Shown here: positions 12,401 to 25,748 of the stretch, piece by piece
Numbering within the stretch: the first letter of the stretch is position 1
How the letters are laid out: each line of letters opens with the position of its first letter
From: Camelus dromedarius
Lineage: Eukaryota
Assembly: GCF_036321535.1 (NCBI RefSeq)
Contig: NC_087436.1
Coordinates: 13,392,001-13,456,000 of the forward strand
Length of the DNA: 64,000 bases
Direction of reading: 5' to 3'
The notes under the pieces: generated by a model
The model's database searches: none
Told to the model about the DNA's origin: nothing
Seen by the model: the letters and a program-made list of their open reading frames with translations, nothing else
Made by a program: the position numbers and the translations under genes

Positions 12401-14374
12401 ATCACATTTTGTGATATCTGTTCATCACTTGCCATAAAAAAAACAGGTACCTTGGAATGTCTGAATACATAATCAAATTTTGGGGTGATCCCGGTTCAGA
12501 TAGTAAGAACAGGAAACAGCTTATTACTAAAAAGGGAGAGGGAGAGAGGGAGAGATTCAGAAAGAGATATTGGGAGGATTGGACTTCAACAAGACGCTGA
12601 GAAAGAAATAAAATTGTTTCCAAAAATCATTGCATTAAGTAGATGTGTGTCCAATTATGTTCATGTTGTGAGGGGCAGAGTGTCCATGTAAACTATGCAT
12701 GTGCTTGGGGCATCGCTGAGCTCCTTCGACTCTTCAAGAATCAATTTTCTTTTTTTTGAAAAGACTATTAATACTTAAGACAAAAACTTGGAACCTGACC
12801 TGGTAGCTAGTTCTCTATCTGGAGTCAGTTAATTTCATAAAGCTGGTATTAAGTTATTTTCTCTCTCTTCTCTGTACATAATGTACTACATTGAGCTGTT
12901 ATTGTGGCTTAAAAAATACATGACGAACATTTTGAATGTTCCCAATGTTTTTAATTTTAGATTTGCACAATCGTAGAAATTAGAGATGGAAAAACTAGGA
13001 TTCTTCCACTTAATGTGAACCGTAGTCCTTGGTCGGGGCTTGGGTCTCTTTTTCTGATTAATGAAGCCGGGGTAGGGGTGAGGCATGAGAAAAGCCCTCT
13101 GGGCAATTGTTCCCATCATTTCAGAATGTCTGGACTAGCCTTATCTCTTTAATGGAGCCCCGTTACGCTAGTGATGTATCCTGGAGACCTAACACACGCT
13201 GTCCCTCTCTTGGCATTACGCGTTCAGCTTACTGGTTGACAGACACTTTGTCCCTATCAGCTGCAGTATATTTGCACAAAGGATGTTGTCACTGCAATTA
13301 ACCATAGTATCAAGATTGGCCTGAAAAAGGCAGCAACATAGAACTCTCCAATCCCTTGTGTTTGGGACCATGGAGATAACCAAATTCAGCCAGACTTGTA
13401 GTCATATTTAATTCATGTGATGGAATATTGGCACACACAGAAGCCTATGTAAGTTATTTTATTGACAATGATCTATGTCTGTAATTCCTTTAATCTGCTC
13501 ATAACTTAATGTTTCTATTTTTTTTTCCACTCAAGAGGCAAAATGGTCTTTTAAATCCTATATGACTGTGGAGATGTTCCTGGTTTTGCTTTTTTTCTCA
13601 AATACAGCTCCATACTAGATTCATATCTCTGAAAGGAACTTTGTAAATCATCTAGTTGCTAATCTCATTTCAGATATGAGGAAACTACACTCAAAAAGTG
13701 ATGCACCATTATCCCTTCAAACTTTCTCCTGATCATCACAAACAAGATAACAATACATTGCACTTTTAACAATAACATTTGAAAAAGAATATGATCTCCT
13801 TTCCAGGAGCTGAAGCCAAGTTGGTTTTATTTTTTTAATATTTGAAATTCTACTAAAATGTCCTATTTATTTCAAATCCATTATTTCAAAACCAAGCTCA
13901 TTGTTGAGACTGCCTTAGTCCAAGGTAAACAAACTGAGAGCACATCAGGGCTAATCTAGTCCTTATCAAATGCTGCGTTAGCTAGCTATTGATAATGCCA
14001 ACCTCGATTTGGGGAAAAATAAATTAGTATTTATTTTGCTTTAAATATACACAGAGGAATGAGTTTATTGTTCTTAGCAGAAAGAACCCAACACATATTG
14101 GTGAAAATGTTACAGAGCCTAAAAGCAAGCACATGATTTGAACACGGGCATGGGAAGAACCCAAGTAACTCGCAAACATCCTCTGGGATGGGTCAGAATT
14201 GTCCTACTGAGTGTCCAGCCTAAGACTAGTACTTATGACCAATCAGTACAATAAAGCCTATAAAATGTTTCCACTTCAACTTAACCTGTAAACTCACAAG
14301 AATAACCTATTTGCTCTCTTTGGCTAGAAAAACTGCAAAAGGGTGAGTCAATGGAATAGAGGGTTTTTTTCCCT

Positions 14375-15427
14375 CTTTTTTTGCATCTCCATTTTTTAAA
14401 TTGAAGTATAGTCAGTTTACAGTGTTGTATTAATTTCTGGTATACATAGTGATTTAGTTATCCATATACATACATATATTCCTTTTCATATTCTTTTTCA
14501 TTAAAGGTTATTATGAGATATTGAATATAGTTTCCCATGCTGTACAGTAGAAACTTGTTGTTTATCTATTTTATATATAGTAGTTAGTATCTGCACATCT
14601 CAAACTGCCAGTTTATCGCTCCCTACCCCCTTCCCCCCCAGTAACCATAAGTTTGTTTTCTATGTCTGTGAGTCTTTCTGTTTTGTAGATGAGTTCATTT
14701 GTCTCATTTTTTTAAGATTCCATATATGGGTGATACCATATGATATTTTTATTTCTCTTTCTGGCTTACTTCACTTAGAATGACAATCTCTGGGTCCATT
14801 CATGTTGCTGCAAATGGCATTATTTTATTCTTTTTTATGGCTGAGTAGTATTCCATTGTATAAATATACCACAGCTTCTTTACCCAGTCATCTATTGATG
14901 GACACTTAGGTTGCTTCCATGTCTTGGCTATTGTAAATAGTGCTGCTGTGAACATTGGGGTGCTGGTGTCTTTTTGAATTAGAGTTTCTTCCAGATATAT
15001 GCTCAGGAGTGAGATTGCTGGATCATATGGTAAGTCTATTTTTAGTTTTTAAAGGAATCTCCATACTGTTATCCATAATAGCTGCACCAAACTAAATTCC
15101 CAACAGTGTAGGAGGGTTCCCTGTTCTCCACACCCTCTCCAGCATTTATCATTTGTGGACTTTTGAATGATGGCCATTCTGACTGGTGTGAGGTGATACC
15201 CCATTGTAGTTTTGATTTGCATTTCTCTGATAATGAACAATATTGAGCATTTTTTCATGTGCCTGTTGGCTACTTGTATGTCTTCACTGGAGAATTTCTT
15301 GTTTAGGTCTTCTGCCCATTTTTGGATTGGGTTGTTTGTTTATTTGTTGTTAAGTTGTATGAGCTGTTTGTATATTCTGGAAATTAAGTCCTTGTCAATC
15401 GCATCATTTGCAAAAATTTTCTCCCAC
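14375..15427 (-). mobile_element. 5'-truncated L1 (ORF2 C-terminus + 3'UTR)
   Basis: Minus-strand ORF 15049-15258 [53 protein letters not shown] is the L1 ORF2 C-terminal region; poly(T) at the left end. Confidence 0.95.
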
Positions 15428-17717
15428 AGAAAAGACTTATTTTTAATCACACACATTTCTTATATTTTATGTAGTTCACTTTATACTTATTTTTCTGCTT
15501 CTTTGTTTAAATAAACAGAGGTCTGCATCATAAGAACCTCGATTTGTCTAATATATTAATTAGATAAAACTAAAAATTGTTTCCCTCTGTATTATTTGTC
15601 TGACATCCTTTGGAAAGAATTTTTAACCAATAGGAAAAAAATTAAGTTTATAATGAAGAATATTTTCTAAGTCCATTTGGCAAGGTCAGTAAATTTGGAA
15701 TTTGGCAGTGACTATAAATTTTATTTAATTTCACTTCACTTTGAAATTTTGCTGAGTGAATAGAACTAAGGGAATCAGAGAATGATTGATTATAGGCTTT
15801 TTAGAAATATTGCCTAAAATACTGAGGAAAAGACAGGAAGTGGAAGACAAGGGAACCATTCAGTAGATTAAACAGAATTTTGAAAGATGGATACTGACAA
15901 AATTTACAGAATGAAAAGAAAGTGTCAAAAATTACTTTATTCTTCATTGATATAACTGATATTTTCTCCTATAGAATATAGGAAATATTTAGAATTTACT
16001 AAAGGGACATTTTAGTAATAAAAGCATAAATTGGAATTAAAAGAGTGAGATGAGACGTTTGAAGAATTTACAAAAAGTATTCCATGTCCTGACCACAAAT
16101 GGATTCAACTTTGCGTCATCTGAGGAGCGAAACCATTTCCTGTCTCCGTGGACATCTTCATTTCCAAACTTGGCTTCTTAGAAAAGTCGTCTACCGCACA
16201 ATTTTTTATAAACCGAGAGCCTCTAAGAACAATGTGGCAATAAACATAGACAAAAACAACGTTTCAATATATAGAATATTATGGTGGGGAAAGACTGACT
16301 TGAGGACCTTGATCAACTGTAATGTGAATTTCCCTCTAGACGTTTTGGAGCAAGTGCCTGCTACAAATCAAAGCTGGTGGGAAGAATGGACCTGTTTCCT
16401 CCAAACAAGTGTGGGAGACTTACAATGGCGGACATCCCAGCAGCAGTGCAGGAACTTAAAAGTTCTCTTTCTTTCTGCTCAATCACAGGCAAAGGAAGTG
16501 TAAGTGAAAGTGAAGGATAAATACCTCTTTCTAGGAAATCTCCTACAGGCATATTGACATGAGATGGGAGTCCCATCGGGTGGAGTGACAAAGAAAGAAT
16601 TTGCCATTGTGAGACAACGGGGCCTAGCAGAGTATTAAAAAATTCATCCCAGGTTAGCTTCACAGACTCCTTTTTTTTTTTTTTTTTGATTCCCTACTCT
16701 GTAGCAAATTCTATAACACAATTCAAGGCTCAGTGGAGGAGAAAAATAAAAAACAAAAGAGCAACAGGAAAGGTAGTTTGCCCCTTGCCTCCCTCCGCCC
16801 CGGAAATGGAGATAAAATCAGACAAACCACTACCTGCGCTGTTTCTGTCTTCCAAGGAAAGAGTATTGCTAAGAGCACAACGCTTTTGGCTTGAATCACT
16901 AGCTCGGAAACGCTTATTCTGCCCTTTGGCCGGGACCCCTGAGCCCAGACTCCAGCTCTGGTCCCCCAGTGATCACAAAACATGGCAGTCCTCTCAAGGG
17001 GATTAATGAGACCAAGAACAGCTTTCTCAAAGCTGTGCCTGGAAACTTCATGGAGAGAAAGCGTGATAATTTCAATGTGTAATAGGCAAAAGGAGGCATG
17101 AAATCAGCAGTACTCACTCAGAAATTATTGTAACTCTGGACTTAGGAAAGGGTATTTGACAATTTAACTCATGACATTTATTTGTCAAATTAATTCAGTG
17201 TGGCTCAGATATGAGCGTAGCCATATGAATGGAAAATAACCAAAAAGCAGGAAGAAGGGGGGAAAAAAAAAGAGATCTCTCCTGCAAGGATGAAATAATA
17301 GCTCTTGGGGGAGCCATAAAGCCCTGGATTTGTTGCATTTGCTTTATGTCATGGGACTTAGGTGTCCTGACTTTGTGTGACAGCCTGCTGAGTATTTTGT
17401 CCTGTGTGTACCTTGAGCATCTAAAACGCAACATGTCCAAAAACAGATCCATTATTTTAAAATTCCAATATAAAGTAATAGAATTAAGGTTTATTCCAGG
17501 GTGTCTAGGAGCTCAAAGGGAGAACTAATTACGTTGAAGATGTCAAAGCAAGCTTCACAGAAAACCATCAGCCACATGTTGACGAGTGAGTAGGAGTGCA
17601 CAAGGTGAAGGAGGACCTGAAGAATATTCCATGCAGAGAGCAGAGCACGGGTAAAAGCAAGCAGGTGGGAAGAACGTGGGGTGTTTCAAGAACCTCAAAG
17701 AATGTAGTCGGTTATAA

Positions 17718-18930
17718 TCTGTTTCTCCTCACTTCTGGCACCAAGTAGGGGTGAAAGCGTGTTGGTTTCTTCACACCAGTCCTCCAACTCTCTGAACACC
17801 AACTGGGTGTCCTACATTTCAATTCAGTTCTTACACTAACCACCCCGAATGAGCTCAGACCCCATAGATTAAGGGCTCAGTCCACAAGACTGCCCCCACC
17901 CCAGATGTCAGATGCAAGTCCTCAGCCTCCTGCGCTTCTGCTAAACAACGAGCTGTAAATCGGGGCTTCCTACAACTTCATCCCTGGGTTTGACCATTTG
18001 CTAGAATGGCTCACAGATGGTCATTCTAAGTGTGGTAAGCCAGAAAAAGAAGGAAAATACCATAAGATAGCACTCATATGTGAAATCTAAAAAGAAAAAA
18101 AGAGGACACTAATGAACTCATCTACAAAACAGAAACAGACTCACAGACACAGCAAACAGTCTTACGGTTACGGGGAGAAAGGGGATGGGAAGGGATAAAT
18201 TTGGGAGTTTGATATTTGCAAATGTTAAGCATAACATATAAAACTAGATGAAAACAGATTTCTTCTGTATAGCACAGGGAACTATAGTCAATATCTTATA
18301 ATAACTTTTAATGAACAAGAATATGAAAACAAATATATGCATATATATGCATGACTGGGACATTGTGCTGTGCACCAGAAATTGACACATTGTAATTGAC
18401 TTTACTTCAATTAAAAAAGAATGTACTTACTGTTACGAGTTTACTATAAAGGATACAAATAAGCATCCAGATGAAGAGGTACAATGGGTGAGGTGTGGAA
18501 GGGTCCGGAGCATAGCAGCTTGTGTCCCTGTGAAGCTGGGCTGTGCCCCTCCCCTCCCAGCCTGTGGATGTGTTCACCATCTAGATGCTCTCTATTATTT
18601 AGGGGGTTTTATGGGGTTTATGTAGGCATAATTGGTTAAATCATTGGACATTGGTGATTAACTCTCCAGAGGCAGAGGGGTGGGGTTGAAATTTCCAACC
18701 CTCCAACCACAGGGTTAGTTCCTCTGGCAATGAGCCCCCATCCAGAAGCTGTCTACGGGCACACTAAGGGTCATCTAATTAGCATAAACTCTGTATGGTT
18801 GAAAGGGGCTGATTGTGAATAACAAAAGACACCCCATCACTCAGGAAATTCCAAGGGTTTTGTCCCCTCTTGTGTCAGGAACCAGGAACAAAGACCAAAT
18901 AGACATATCTTATTTTATCTTGTATTACAT
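17718..18930. mobile_element. MER21C-like LTR interrupted by an L1 3' fragment
   Basis: CACCAACTGGGTGTCCTACATTTCAATTCAGTTCTTACACTAACC...TTAAGGGCTCAGTCCACAAGACTGCCCCCAC; resumes after 18420 (TATAAAGGATACAAATAAGCATCCAGATGAAGAGG...ATCACTCAGGAAATTCCAAGGGTTTT). Confidence 0.75.
18017..18420 (+). mobile_element. L1 3' fragment inserted into the MER21 LTR
   Basis: GTCATTCTAAGTG...AACAGAAACAGACTCACAGAC...CACCAGAAATTGACACATTGTAATTGACTTTACTTCAATTAAAAAA. Confidence 0.9.
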
Positions 18931-19570
18931 TGGTACACAAGGGGTGATGAGAGACGAAACAGTAGAGGAAACAAGTTCAATTATGAAAGATCTTATCAAA
19001 GTTAATTGCATCCAGTAGTCAATAAAGAGTTACTGAGAGAGTCAAAGGAGAGTGATACGGTCATATCTGCGTTTTCAAGAGATCACTCTAGGAACAGTGT
19101 AAAGACAGGATTGGAGACATGCACAACTGACAGCCAAACACCATACGGACTGGAATAGAGCTGTGACAATGACACTGAAGAGGCGTGGTCAGATGGGGGA
19201 GACAGTACAAAGGGCGATTTTGTGGGACTTCATAGGATATCTGATAAGAGCAGTAAGGGAGAGGAAGAAATTAAGGATAATGTTTGGATTTCAAGCTCGG
19301 GTGACTAGTTGGGCAGAGAAGAAGGACTAGGCATTGGGATGGGGCAGGAAGCAATGAGAACTCTTCTGGACATGCTGACATCCCCGTGGGTCATGCTGGT
19401 GGAGACGCCAAAGAGGAAACTAGAGAAACAGATCTGGAGCTCAGAAGAAATGTCTCACAAGAGATGAAGTTTTGCAAGTTACCGACCTGGCTGTGGTTAG
19501 CCATGGAACTTTGAGTACTTCTAAGTGAGGCTAAGGTGAAAAGATGTGAGACAGCATCCTTGGGGCAGGC
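18930..19570 (-). mobile_element. L2 fragment
   Basis: TCTGCGTTTTCAAGAGATCACTCTAGG, TGGACATGCTGA, GATCTGGAGCTCAGAAGA are L2 antisense motifs. Confidence 0.65.
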
Positions 19571-19881
19571 ATACATAGATATTCACCTCTTCACCCATAA
19601 GAAGGGAGCTTAATTGGAGAGAGAAAAGGGCGCGTGCCTGGGATGGGTCCCCACTCTTGGTAAAGCTCTGTGGTTAAAAGATCAGGAGACTTTCAGTAAC
19701 ACAGCTATTAGGAAATATGTGCACTTCAAGGAATGGCTTTTGTGGGTGCCTGGGTAGAGGCTACCACCATAACTACACCACCCATGTGGAGTTGAAAGGG
19801 CTCCCTGTGGAACCAGATTTAAAAGCTAAAAAATAATGAATGAGATTATGGTATGCGGTGATATATGTAAGCTTTTGTATA

Positions 19882-20520
19882 CAATCAGTCCTCATTATTC
19901 ACAAACTCTGTATTTGCAAACTCACCTACTAAAATTTATTTGTAACCCTCAAATCAATACTCACAGCATCTTTTGTGGTCATTTATGAACATGCATGGGG
20001 TGTTGAAAATTTGAATCCCCAACGTACAGGATCCCAGGTGAGGCTGAACCAGCCGACATTCTGCCTTCTTGTTTCAGCTCTCAGACTACAAGCAAATGTC
20101 CTTTTCAAGGTAGTTGGTGTCATGGTTTTTACACGTTTGTGCTTCTGGTTGGTTATTCAGCTATTTAAAATAGCCTTCAAGCAGAGTGCTGAAATGTTGT
20201 CAAGTGTTTCTAAGCACAAGCCCGATGTGCCTTACAGAGAAAATGTGGGTGTTAGGTAAGTTTCACTCAGGCATGAGCTATAGACCACTGTTGGCTATGA
20301 GTTCAATGTCGGCTAATCAATAATACATATTAAATAAGGTGTCTTTAAGCAGAAACATACGTAAAACAAGTTGTGTGTTCATAAGTTGATGAGAATGTGA
20401 CCAGAGGCTCACAGGAACACAGTCCTGTACTTCCCTTAGGAGCAGTGGTTTGGTATTCACCAATTCACTGTCACCATGACTTTATAGGACATAGTTACTG
20501 CAAATAACAAGGACTGACTT
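19882..20520. mobile_element. MER82-like TcMar-Tigger non-autonomous DNA transposon, near full length
   Basis: Imperfect TIRs (TCAGTCCTCATTATT ... AATAACAAGGACTGA) flanked by TA at 19880-81 and 20521-22; internal CTAAAATTTATTTGTAACCCTCAAATCAATACTC and TAAATAAGGTGTCTTTAAGCAGAAAC match MER82. Confidence 0.85.
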
Positions 20521-21586
20521 TATATTCCAGAGGCTAGAATGAGCCAAGAGTCACATCAGTCCTAAATGGAGCTCCTAATTTATTCAGAACGATTCCTTAC
20601 ACACTCACACAAGGTTCAGGGTAAGGTATTGTGTTTTGAGCTTTTATTTGGGTTTCAGAGGCCAAGGCTGAGATTTTTCTCTTTGAACCACCTGATCATT
20701 GATTGCAGTCACATGACCTGGAGAGGGAAAGCACTTCCTGGAATCCAGGGTCCCATCCTGCCGTACACTTGCCCTGTGACCTCGGACAAGCGTTTGCCCT
20801 CTCTAGTCCTCAGTGATGCCACATGACCCCTCAGACCCCCATCAGCTTTGACAGGCCATGATTTTGCAGCAGGTCTCCAAGCCAGAGACACTGCCCTCAG
20901 CTGTGACATTAGGACAACATGACTTACACAGGAGGATTTCCTGGAGTGCATTTCCTGTATTTCTTAGAGCTATCTGAGGACAGAGTCATTAGATGATTGA
21001 TTTCAAGATTTCTGCAATTCTTGTCTAATTTTAACTTTTATGCCAGGAATAAACCCAAAGGAAAACTGTAAACCTGAAAGAGTAAAATATCCTCAGTTAT
21101 TTCCAATTTAATGGCATTAAAAATAGAAAGAAGGCAAGAAGAGAAGAATGTCTAATTGCAATTATTTAAAGCAAATGGCTTGAATGATCAGGGCTGGACC
21201 CAAATGTTGTGCATGCCAGTCTCCCTTGAGCACCCACTCGGCCTTTTAGGTCTCTCCAGAGGACGCCGGCAGAGCTCACCAGCCATTGCATGCTCTGTTA
21301 AGCACTTGGCAGAAGACTGGATGGACATGTGTGACCCAGACATTTCCATGGAAGATTAGGCCTTCCAGATGGAGTCCTTATTTTAAGAATGTGTGTAGGA
21401 TAAAGATATAATCCATTGTTTCAAAGAATACAATGATGCACAAAATAAGGGCTCTAGTTTCTTTTTCCTCCAAAGTCTTCAACTATAGAGGATAAACAGA
21501 ATCATTTATTTAACAAAAGGTATCTTGCTTCCATCTAAATTGTCCGAGGGTAACTCTGGGTAGGAATGGAAAAAGTTGAAAAGATT

Positions 21587-21588
<2 letters not shown>

Positions 21589-21626
<38 letters not shown>
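21589..21626. repeat. (CA)n microsatellite
   Basis: About 19 AC units read directly. Confidence 0.95.
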
Positions 21627-21628
<2 letters not shown>

Positions 21629-23104
21629 AAGAAAATCACCTTGCCTTCTCTTGTCCCTTAGCCAAATGAGAAAATCACCAGGCTACACGCAGGTTCATAT
21701 CTAACATCTGAAGGGGTCCAGCCACCACCTCTTCACCCCGTCTCCATCTTATACTTGGAGGGGGTCTTGTATGCATGGGTGCACACACCAGCACCCGGGG
21801 ACAGCACAGTCATCATTCTAAGAGACAGACCTATGGAAGAAGCCCTTGCAGGCACTAGCAGTGGACTCAGGGCCACTGGTCTAGGGAATTCTGAGATTAT
21901 GGGTCCTCAGGATGTGGACCAGAAGCAGAGTGTGGGCTCCGGGCAAGCACCTCCCCGTAGTTCCTCAAGTTCGTCACCCCGGTGGGGAGGGACACAACTG
22001 AACTGGCACGTGTGCACCTCTCTCAAGATGCAGTTTTATTCTTTCTCCACATGTGATAATGCACATGTCTTTTCATGGTTTTCCTAAGCACCCCTCCAAC
22101 TCTAAACGCCTCAGCACATTGAAAGCTGTTCCTCTTGGAGGATTTAAAGCATACCATTATATTGCAGTGTGTATAAAACACCTGTAAGTGCATGAGAACA
22201 CACTGGACTGGACTTTTGGAGGTAAGAGAAAACAGTCTCTCCTATGTTGAAGCAGCTCAAGATATAAAATGAATAAAATTAACGTCTCACTGAAAAATAA
22301 CCATACATTCCTATTCACGTTTATGACAGATAGAAATTGCATCATCACTGTGCTACCTCCCTTCACTAATCTCCTCCCAAAGTACCATGAAAGCTCTATG
22401 ACTCTGGGACCTGGTCTGCCTCTGGCACCCTGCCTAGTGCCTGTCGTCTATTGAATGGTCAGTGAATGTTTGTTGAATAAATAAATGTAATTCACCCTTT
22501 GAGTCTGCAGAACTTCAGCGCCTCAGCTCTAAACAATTGGTTCGATTTCAAAACCCACATAAGAAAGTAGACCTGTGTTTCCCCGTCCTGTGTCACTTTC
22601 TGTGGCTGGAGATGTTTCGAATCTTGGGAGATGCGCGGAGCCACTGGGATGTACCATTGTCTGCTTAGCTAGTCTTCGTGGCGAGGACCCAGCTGCCTTC
22701 ATCGTGCGCCGCAAAGTCATGTGAGCAGCTCAGCTATTGACTGTAGGCATCAGACCGGGCCCTGGCAGCAGCAGCGGTGAGGGGACAATCCCGGACAGCA
22801 GGGCCGCTGAGGGCGGGGAGACCCAGTCATCACCGCTCCTTTTGAGCATCATCACGATGCACCAGAACGTCCCGCGGCTTCGGTTGGGAAGCCACCAGGA
22901 TCCACAGCCTCTCGAGTTAGTTTACTCTGTTCTTGTCATCTTTTCCTCCTTCAATGTCACGGCACTCAGAAGTCTGCACGCCAAGCCAGCAGCTGCCGAA
23001 ACGGAAGCAAGAATTGCGTGAACTCTGTTAGGAGCTGAAGGACAGAGGAAAGGCGGAATCTTTGTGGTTGCTCTTCCCAAGTATTTAAAGCATTTAGACA
23101 CTTT

Positions 23105-23266
23105 TTTACATTTTTACTTTTTACTTTGATTTGAATTTTGTTGAAGGAGGGGTAGGTAATTAGGTCTACTTATTTTATTTTTTAATGGAGGTACCGGGGT
23201 TTGAACCCAGGACCTTGCACATGCTAAGCATGTGCTCTACCACTGAGTTAGCTAAACCCTCTCCCA
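23105..23266 (-). mobile_element. Camelid Vic-1-type tRNA-derived SINE
   Basis: Antisense tRNA-like head (TCAGTGGTAGAGCACATGCTTAGCATGTGCAAGGTCCTGGGTTCAAACCCCGGTACCTCC) plus ACCTAATTACCT tail; degenerate TSD AGACA(C/T)TTTTT. Confidence 0.85.
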
Positions 23267-23554
23267 CAGACATTTTTTAATTGGTGTTTGTAGTCCCATA
23301 ACTAAAGTGAACATCCAAAATAAAAATACTTAAAAAATTACAGACATCAGAAAGGAAACACTAGATTTGAAGGAATAAATTGACATCAACCTCAAGCACC
23401 TGGCCTTGAGAAGTGAAGGGCTACCAAGAGCAAGCTGACTTGTTGACTCCAGGGCGCTTCTGTCATCTAAGTACCTCACACCTGTCATTACAATTTTGGG
23501 TACCGGGCAATTTAATGTCTTAGTTTCTGGCTATCAGCTAAGGTTCCCTCACTA

Positions 23555-23690
23555 GAACTAGACTTGAACTCAGGCTTCAGGTGCATTATCTCTGTGACCC
23601 TGGGCAAGTTATTCAACACCTCTGAGTCTTGGTTTCCCCATCTACAAAGTGGGAAGATTAGTGGAGCCCACCAGAAGGGATGGAATGAGA
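23555..23690 (+). mobile_element. MIR SINE
   Basis: CTGTGACCCTGGGCAAGTTATTCAACACCTCTGAGTCTTGGTTTCCCCATCTACAAAGTGGG core. Confidence 0.85.
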
Positions 23691-25445
23691 GAGGGAACAC
23701 AGAACACTTTCCCCAGAGCCTGGAAGGGAGTAAGAGCTTGGCTGGGCGATGCTGGCTGAGCTGGGAGGAGAGGAGCACAGATGTGATGTCTGTCAAGTGC
23801 AGCCTTGTATGCCAATTCATCTCCCTCCCTCCCCCTGGGGTCTCCGAGCACAGAGCCTGCTCCCCGCACACCTGCCTTTTATCAGGTCCTCTGTGTGCAA
23901 AGCTGTAACTGCACAGCAGGCAGAGACATTCCCAGCAGCCACTGCTGTGTAAGACACGCATCTTTCCTAGCCCCCACCCACAGTCCTCCCGGGAGAGCCA
24001 GGCCGGTCCCTGTAATCTCACTGTGCCTGCTGGACAGATGTGAGCAGAACAATTGATGAAACTTGAGTGGGTCGAGTGTGATCAGTGAGTGAAGATGTCC
24101 TCAGTGTCCCGGGAACATGGAGAGCTCCAACTACACACAGCCCTGTTTCCCTCCCAACCTCCCCCCAAACCCGGCCATGTTTGCAGAATATTCCTGGAAC
24201 TGCTTGTCTCGAGGAAAGAATCCCCAAAGTGACAAGATACCCCTGCTACCATCGGGAGACCCTCCAACAGTCACTTTTCTCATAAAGGGGAAAACAGCCT
24301 TCTTAATCCTTCACCATGCCGAGCTGCGAGGGGTGCGCCTGGAGTTGAGAGAGTTTCCAATACTCTCACGAAACAGTTTTGAGAAGGACATAGGGAAGAA
24401 TGATAGCCTTTTCAAGAAATCAGTTTGACCGGAGCATCAGAGCCACGGTGTTTTCCTAATTAAGGCTCCGCTTTCCTTGGTAGTCCTCAGAGAAATGAGG
24501 AAAACATATGCTCCGCAGATTTCTTGAGGTCCCTGTGTGGGACAACAGAGGTTAACTATCTTCTTTGTCCCAAAAAGAACAGTTGTTTGTGGTGTCAGAC
24601 CACCCGTGTTAGCATCTCCCCGGCCCTCCCTGGGCTCGGGCATGAGACTGTCAGCTTGTAAAACATTTCTATCCCCAGAGTCACAGTCAATCACTAGAAA
24701 TTCAGTTTTATTTCTGCACTTGTCCAGCCCCTCAGGCGACACATGACTTAGTCACAACAGCTAGCACATCCATTACATCTATTTTCTCTCCAAGCCAAGC
24801 AAAAACTCAAATAATATCGGGAGTCTAAAATGAGAAGAACCCATTCTAATTTCCTGACCCCAGAACTGAATGCATTTTTAATACAATTTTGAATCAAGTC
24901 TTTCTCTTTTTCTTTTTTAGCTTTCTTGAAACTGTCTAAAGCAGAACTAAATCTAGTTTTCTAATTATGAACCTGGGACTAAACTAGAATAAAAAGACTA
25001 TTCCTTGAACCAAATGTGCCAAAAACCAGCTCATGGTGCCATTGGAGTAAAACAGGTGTCACATTCCTCTGTTGGAGTGGGTGGGGAGTAGAGGCCTGAA
25101 AACTTGATGTTACAAAGTGAAAAGTGCAAACAGTGGTGGAAGATGCAACCTGAAGCCACTGGTCCAAGTCAAGTCAGTGTCTGAAATAAATGAGACCACA
25201 GGTCCCCGGGAGTAACACGCCCCAGTTAGGTAACATCGGAAGTAGGGCACGTGTCAGCACCAGGTAAGCCCACAGGAGCTCAGACGTAGGTGAGAGGAAG
25301 GACCAGCTTAAGTGACGAGCTGGGTCGGCAAGAAATGACCAGGCAGATCATGCAGAAGGGCAGAAGGCCAGCTGAGGGAAGAGTTCAAGAATCTGGATCA
25401 GGAACCTGGGGGTTAACAGGAAATGGAGGAAGAAAGCGTATAATA

Positions 25446-25580
25446 TTTAAGGGGCTTTTTTGGAGGGGGGGAGGTAATTAGGTTTACTTTTATTTTTTTT
25501 AGAGGAGGTACTAGGGATTGAACCCAAGACCTCGTGCATGCAAAGCATGCACTCTAGCACTTTGAGCTACACCCTCCCCC
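25446..25580 (-). mobile_element. Vic-1-type SINE with perfect 15-bp TSD
   Basis: TSD AGAAAGCGTATAATA at 25431-25445 and 25581-25595; antisense GGGGAGGGTGTAGCTCAAAGTGCTAGAGTGCATGC...GGTTCAATCCC. Confidence 0.9.
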
Positions 25581-25604
25581 AGAAAGCGTATAATAAAGGT
25601 AACA

Positions 25605-25705
25605 AAGTAGATGTATGTATATGCATGACTGAAACATTGTGCTGTACACCAGAAATTGACACATTGTAACTGACTATATTTCAATAAACAAACAAACAAA
25701 AAGAA
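25605..25705 (+). mobile_element. Very short L1 3'UTR tail
   Basis: ATGCATGACTGAAACATTGTGCTGTACACCAGAAATTGACACATTGTAACTGACTATATTTCAATAAAC. Confidence 0.85.
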
Positions 25706-25748
25706 TCAATGCCCCAAATGACACTGATAATAGTGGAAAGTTCTCTGA

